DNA of 64,000 bases from Candidatus Helarchaeota archaeon (GTDB lineage: Archaea > Asgardarchaeota > Lokiarchaeia > Helarchaeales > RDOG01): positions 567,536 to 631,535 of the forward strand of contig JAHPZH010000001.1 in assembly GCA_019058315.1 (NCBI GenBank), in the 5' to 3' direction. The position numbers and the translations under genes were made by a program. This document shows, in pieces, positions 61,124 to 64,000 of this stretch. The notes under the pieces were generated by a model that was not told the origin of the DNA, made no database searches, and worked only from the letters and a program-made list of their open reading frames with translations. Position 1 is the first letter of the stretch. Each line of letters starts with the position of its first letter.

Positions 61124-61209
61124 TGGTGGGGTTACTAGGATTTGAACCTAGATCACCAGATTTCTCCACATTTGGAGTCTGGAAGTCTCCCGGATTAACG
61201 TATAACCCC
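61124..61209 (-). tRNA. tRNA-Trp(CCA), 10-nt intron (61162-61171)
   Basis: GGGGTTA/TAACCCC-A-CCA; CCAGA-CTCCAA^ATGTGGAGAA^A-TCTGG; central helix CTCC/GGAG. Confidence 0.88.
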
Positions 61210-61211
61210 AT

Positions 61212-61327
61212 TGGTACTCCCGCTCGGGTTCGAACCGAGGTCAATGGGTTTCTCCCATATTCAGATTATGTTTGATCTGAATCAGACCAAAGCCCATCAT
61301 GCTTGGCCAAAGCTACACCACGGGAGT
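61212..61327 (-). tRNA. tRNA-Gln(TTG), 37-nt intron (61250-61286)
   Basis: ACTCCCG/CGGGAGT-A-CCA (A1-U72); ATGGG-CTTTGG^A-CCCAT. Confidence 0.9.
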
Positions 61328-61331
61328 ATTA

Positions 61332-61482
61332 TGGCGGTAGGGGAGAGATTTGAACTCTCGCTCCCCGTGGGGAAGTAGATTTCTGGTAAAGTGAAATCTC
61401 AACTCGAGGGTAGGCTACTAAGCCGTTCCATTCTCACTGCTTCAATAGCAGTCTACCGTCGTAACCACTTGACTACCCTACC
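61332..61482 (-). tRNA. tRNA-Ser(GCT), 65-nt intron (61381-61445)
   Basis: GGTAGGG/CCCTACC-G-CCA; GTAGA-CTGCTA^A-TCTAC; long variable arm TCCCC-AC-GGGGA. Confidence 0.9.
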
Positions 61483-61490
61483 GCTGATTG

Positions 61491-61607
61491 TGGCGGACTT
61501 GGGGAGATTTGAACTCCCAATCTACGGGTTTCTCCACGATTAAGTTCGGGTTACCCCAAAGCTTGAGATAAAAGCCCGTTGCCGTAACCTGGTTTGGCCA
61601 CAAGTCC
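61491..61607 (-). tRNA. tRNA-Lys(TTT), 39-nt intron (61530-61568)
   Basis: GGACTTG/CAAGTCC-G-CCA; ACGGG-CTTTTA^A-CCCGT. Confidence 0.9.
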
Positions 61608-61611
61608 GCTT

Positions 61612-61824
61612 TGGCGGGATTGCGGGGAATTGAACCCCGACCTTATGATTTCTGTACTACGGTCGCTTTCCTCCTTTTTCAAAGTCTTATTCTAAACCCT
61701 GCCATGGATAAGTCAACTGAACCCCTATTAAGGAAATTTAATCATTTTTGAGGTGAAATTAATAATTATCAAAAAGGGGCCGTAGTTAGACAGTCATAAA
61801 TCATAGCCATTAGACCACAATCCC
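61612..61824 (-). tRNA. tRNA-Asp(GTC), 138-nt intron (61650-61787)
   Basis: GGGATTG/CAATCCC-G-CCA; TATGA-CTGTCT^A-TCATA; strict BHB (CTGT/ACAG, outer ACTACGG/CCGTAGT). Confidence 0.9.
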
Positions 61825-61882
61825 ATTATTCCTCTTCGACTTCAGCCCTAATCTTAAATTAAAAAATGGGGATAATTTGTTA

Positions 61883-61929
61883 GGGGGCAATAATTAGACA
61901 GTCATTAATAACTATTGAACCACAATCCC
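61883..61929 (-). pseudogene. Orphan degenerate 5' half of tRNA-Asp plus intron stub
   Basis: GGGATTGTGGTTCAATAGTTATTAATGACTGTCT-AATTATTGCCCCC versus intact GGGATTGTGGTCTAATGGCTATGATTTATGACTGTCT-AACTACGGCCCC. Confidence 0.7.
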
Positions 61930-61963
61930 CGTAAGATGTTGTTGGCTGAGTATACAACTATCT

Positions 61964-62028
61964 GGCTTCAGTACGAGAGGAACAATTTCACATTGTTTGT
62001 TTCTGACAAGAGGAACTTCATCATAGCC
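61964..62028 (-). ncRNA. Box C/D guide sRNA antisense to the 23S rRNA sarcin-ricin loop
   Basis: GGCT-ATGATGA(C)-AGTTCCTCTTGT-CAGA(D')-...-ATGTGA(C'-like)-...TTGTTCCTCTCGTA-CTGA(D)-AGCC; 65 nt with a 4-bp terminal stem. Confidence 0.85.
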
Positions 62029-62158
62029 TTGGGAATTATAGTTTGGATAACGACTTATATCCAAGCCCCTGCTATTTCGTTCTCTCATTTTCATTACCAA
62101 TTGCTACACCTCTTACTTTAATTGATTGTATACAATAGATTGTTTTCATCTGATAAAC

Positions 62159-62195
62159 TAATGATAGTGGCAGTAGGATTTGAACCTACAATCTT
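62159..62195 (-). repeat. Duplicated 3' end of tRNA-iMet (att-like direct repeat)
   Basis: 37 bp matching 63002-63038 with 1 mismatch. Confidence 0.9.
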
Positions 62196-62214
62196 ACAGG
62201 CTATTTGCAAAGAA

Positions 62215-62874
62215 TTAGATATTCTCTATTATGTATTTGGTCATTCCTTTTAAGATATATAACTCCTTTGTACTATCAATTCTCAATTTGCATACCCCAT
62301 TATAACTTCTACCGATTCCTCTAGAGCCATGCTTTTTTATGTAAGGTTTTGTAAACTGATTCTTTGGAATATTAAGTATTATTGACCAATAAGAAATCAT
62401 TTTTTCAATTTCATGATAAGAATGTAGATGAAGATGAATCTTAATAGAATTTTTATCGATTTTAAGAACATCTAAAAGAAATCTAAGAAAAATTTCAATT
62501 AATTTTGGGTCGGAATTACTAAATTCTATTCTATGATCACTAGATGTAGTCCCTTCGCTCTGATATAATGTTGTTCCTATTATCATTAGGTCTGACCAAT
62601 TTTCTTTTGCAATTTTCTGCCCTTCCTTATAATATAGTTTTCTTCGTTGTTTTGCTAGTTCCTTCATTTTGTGATGCCCTTTTTCTAGAATAGATTGAGA
62701 TTTCTTCTTCAGTCTATCTTTTTGTTCATTTGTTAAAATTATATCTCTTGTCCAGTTCGCAACTGTTCCCTTCGGTATTCCCATTTGTGAAGATATTTCT
62801 CCAAAAGAATACCCCTTTTTACGCAACCTCCTAGCTTTTCTCTTAATTTTTTCTTTATAACTTCTATACTTCAA
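62215..62874 (-). CDS. HTH + LAGLIDADG-like endonuclease-domain protein
   Basis: ARRLRKKGYSFGEISSQMGIPKGTVANW (HTH); IGTTLYQSEG...IEFSNSDPKLIEIFLRFL; TTTATATA box at about 62938-62946. Confidence 0.75.
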   Translation of the reverse strand: MKYRSYKEKIKRKARRLRKKGYSFGEISSQMGIPKGTVANWTRDIILTNEQKDRLKKKSQSILEKGHHKMKELAKQRRKLYYKEGQKIAKENWSDLMIIGTTLYQSEGTTSSDHRIEFSNSDPKLIEIFLRFLLDVLKIDKNSIKIHLHLHSYHEIEKMISYWSIILNIPKNQFTKPYIKKHGSRGIGRSYNGVCKLRIDSTKELYILKGMTKYIIENI

Positions 62875-63007
62875 TGAACATCACTCTTATATCTCCATAG
62901 CCCAATAATGGCAGTTCAATTGTTTTGTTTCATATTCATATATAAACTCAACAAATTCTCCTGACTATCAAGTGAAATTTTCGTAGAGACGGGAAATTCA
63001 ATAATGA

Positions 63008-63101
63008 TAGTGGCAGTAGGATTCGAACCTACAATCTTTGGGTATCTCAATAGATTATTATTTATGAGCCCAACGAGATCTCCTGATTACTCCATGCCAC
63101 T
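63008..63101 (-). tRNA. Initiator-type tRNA-Met(CAT), 19-nt intron (63044-63062)
   Basis: AGTGGCA/TGCCACT-A (A1-U72) followed by TCA; three G-C pairs in TTGGG/CCCAA; central helix CTCA/TGAG. Confidence 0.9.
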
Positions 63102-63102
63102 A

Positions 63103-63241
63103 TGGTAGAGAGGAGGGGGATCGAACCCCTGCTCTTCAGTTGTCTAAAATTGTTTTGTTACAAAGACAACCATATAAGATTCGTCTTTGTATGACATTAC
63201 ATCATATCAGACTGACGCCTGAACCACTCGGCTACCTCTCT
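63103..63241 (-). tRNA. tRNA-Ile(GAT), 63-nt intron (63142-63204)
   Basis: AGAGAGG/CCTCTCT-A-CCA; TCAGT-CTGATA^A-ACTGA; central helix CTGA/TTAG. Confidence 0.88.
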
Positions 63242-63243
63242 AT

Positions 63244-63351
63244 TGGTGCTGACCGGGGGAATCGAACCCCCGTCAACGGATGTCTTCATGTAAATTCGAG
63301 ATTGCGTTTCAATCGAAAGTCCGCTATACTTGTCCGCTATACTAGGCCAGC
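63244..63351 (-). tRNA. tRNA-Glu(TTC), 32-nt intron (63282-63313)
   Basis: GCTGGCC/GGTCAGC-A-CCA; GCGGA-CTTTCG^A-TCCGT; central helix CTTT/GAAG. Confidence 0.9.
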
Positions 63352-63355
63352 ACGG

Positions 63356-63492
63356 TGGAGGGCTAGGAGGGATTTGAACCCTCAACATCTCACTATCTCT
63401 GGCTAACTTACGCTACAGATACATTCCGCATAAGGAAGAGCATGTCTTCTGCATACTAGGCGAGCGCTCTAGACCATTGGAGCTACTAACCC
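63356..63492 (-). tRNA. tRNA with apparent AGT (Thr) anticodon, 59-nt intron (63395-63453)
   Basis: GGGTTAG/CTAGCCC-T-CCA; CTCGC-CTAGTA^A-GTGAG. The anticodon call assumes a 37/38 intron; BHB is weak. Confidence 0.7.
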
Positions 63493-63578
63493 TATTTTTC
63501 CAATGCAAATGGTTCTTAAACCATACTATTTTTTAAAACTTCTTTTCATCAACTCCGTTTTTTTTATTTTAAATATGT

Positions 63579-63656
63579 TGGTGGACTCGCCGAGCTTCGA
63601 TCTCGGAGCCTCCTACTTGCAAAACAGGCGTTCTACCATTTTCGAACTACGAGTCC
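63579..63656 (-). tRNA. tRNA-Ala(TGC), atypical (A3-U70; T-loop ATCGAAG)
   Basis: GGACTCG/CGAGTCC-A-CCA; CCTGT-TTTGCAA-GTAGG. Confidence 0.8.
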
Positions 63657-63665
63657 ATTTTTCTA

Positions 63666-63738
63666 TGGGCAAGAGAGGATTCGAACCTCTGTGGGTTGGT
63701 CTGCATCCAACTGCATGACCTAATTCTGCCACTTACCC
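63666..63738 (-). tRNA. tRNA-Cys(GCA)-like, atypical (A32, A73, no CCA)
   Basis: GGGTAAG/CTTGCCC-A; GTTGG-ATGCAGA-CCAAC. Confidence 0.78.
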
Positions 63739-63762
63739 ACTATTAAACAAATGTAATTTTGA

Positions 63763-63839
63763 TGGAGGATAAGACAGGATTTGAACCTGTGTGAAATTGG
63801 GTTGCAGCCAATCGCCTACGCCAACTCAGCCACTTATCC
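63763..63839 (-). tRNA. tRNA-Cys(GCA)
   Basis: GGATAAG/CTTATCC-T-CCA (U73); ATTGG-CTGCAAC-CCAAT. Confidence 0.92.
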
Positions 63840-63843
63840 TTAA

Positions 63844-64000
63844 TGGTGCAGGAGGAGGGATTTGAACCCTCGGTCTCAAGATTTCTTCTAGTATTAGGAT
63901 TCTGTTCGGATTCCGTTATTCGAATACTGTACTATTCGCATTCTGTTATTAGAATTCCAGATCGATGAGGATAACCTCAAAAAATTGTCTTGTAGTTTAT
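63844..64000 (-). tRNA. 3' exon and long intron (at least 118 nt) of a tRNA truncated by the window edge; isotype unknown
   Basis: ...GAAGAA^A-TCTTG-AGACC-GAGGGTTCAAATCCCTC-CTCCTGC-A-CCA. Confidence 0.8.

Noticed and set aside
61968-61983. Plus-strand TCAGTACGAGAGGAAC read as a 23S rRNA gene fragment or SRL decoy
   Set aside because: No flanking rRNA sequence or convincing closing stem; the minus strand explains it fully as C/D boxes plus guides in the array's transcription sense
62005-62065. GAGGAAC... as the RNase P RNA conserved region
   Set aside because: No matching P4 partner or surrounding helices; the segment is the D' guide complement
61912-62121. ORF-track entries 61912..62100(-) and 61915..62121(+)
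   Set aside because: They overlap the C/D RNA and the orphan tRNA half and have no protein motif; a GAGGTG upstream of the minus ORF is not sufficient evidence
63319-63343. Tandem AGTATAGCGGAC repeat inside tRNA-Glu
   Set aside because: Falls within a normal D arm and anticodon stem; probably coincidental or a local slippage with no evident function
60494-63718. Short ORFs 60494+, 61078+, 63140+, 63197- and 63503+
   Set aside because: They overlap tRNA genes or the HNH frame and are shadow ORFs
55131-64000. Calling the region a provirus or integrative element
   Set aside because: No integrase, capsid, terminase or replication gene is visible in this window; this cannot be supported without the next window

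Overview
AT-rich archaeal chromosome segment, most likely from an Asgard archaeon. This is an inference from the Rab-like GTPase, longin-like domains, JAMM/TPR/wHTH fusion, archaeal TFB/Rpo6/proteasome/CCA enzyme and methanofuran genes. 1-35.6 kb is mostly housekeeping and metabolic genes (luxE/luxC-like, Hef-like helicase, psmA, LeuB-family, rpo6, LarA, cca, tfb, mfnD-F-E) mixed with eukaryotic-signature-like proteins. 35.8-60 kb is an accessory block of four large single-pass surface proteins. Three of them share a cytoplasmic helical tail and each sits beside a winged-helix regulator; two of the regulators are fused to an adaptin-appendage-like module and a longin-like domain. 59.97-64 kb is a dense minus-strand tRNA array that runs off the window end: at least 19 genes, 11 with introns, roughly one per amino acid. 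Embedded in it are an HNH endonuclease frame missed by the ORF track, an HTH-LAGLIDADG-like gene and a 65-nt box C/D guide RNA. The two guides of that RNA are antisense to the 23S sarcin-ricin loop and, by the D+5 rule, point at the ricin site (A2660) and the alpha-sarcin site (G2661). Two single-gene cassettes are flanked by duplicated tRNA 3' ends (Asn, iMet) with no integrase in the window. All calls were made by eye; no searches were run.
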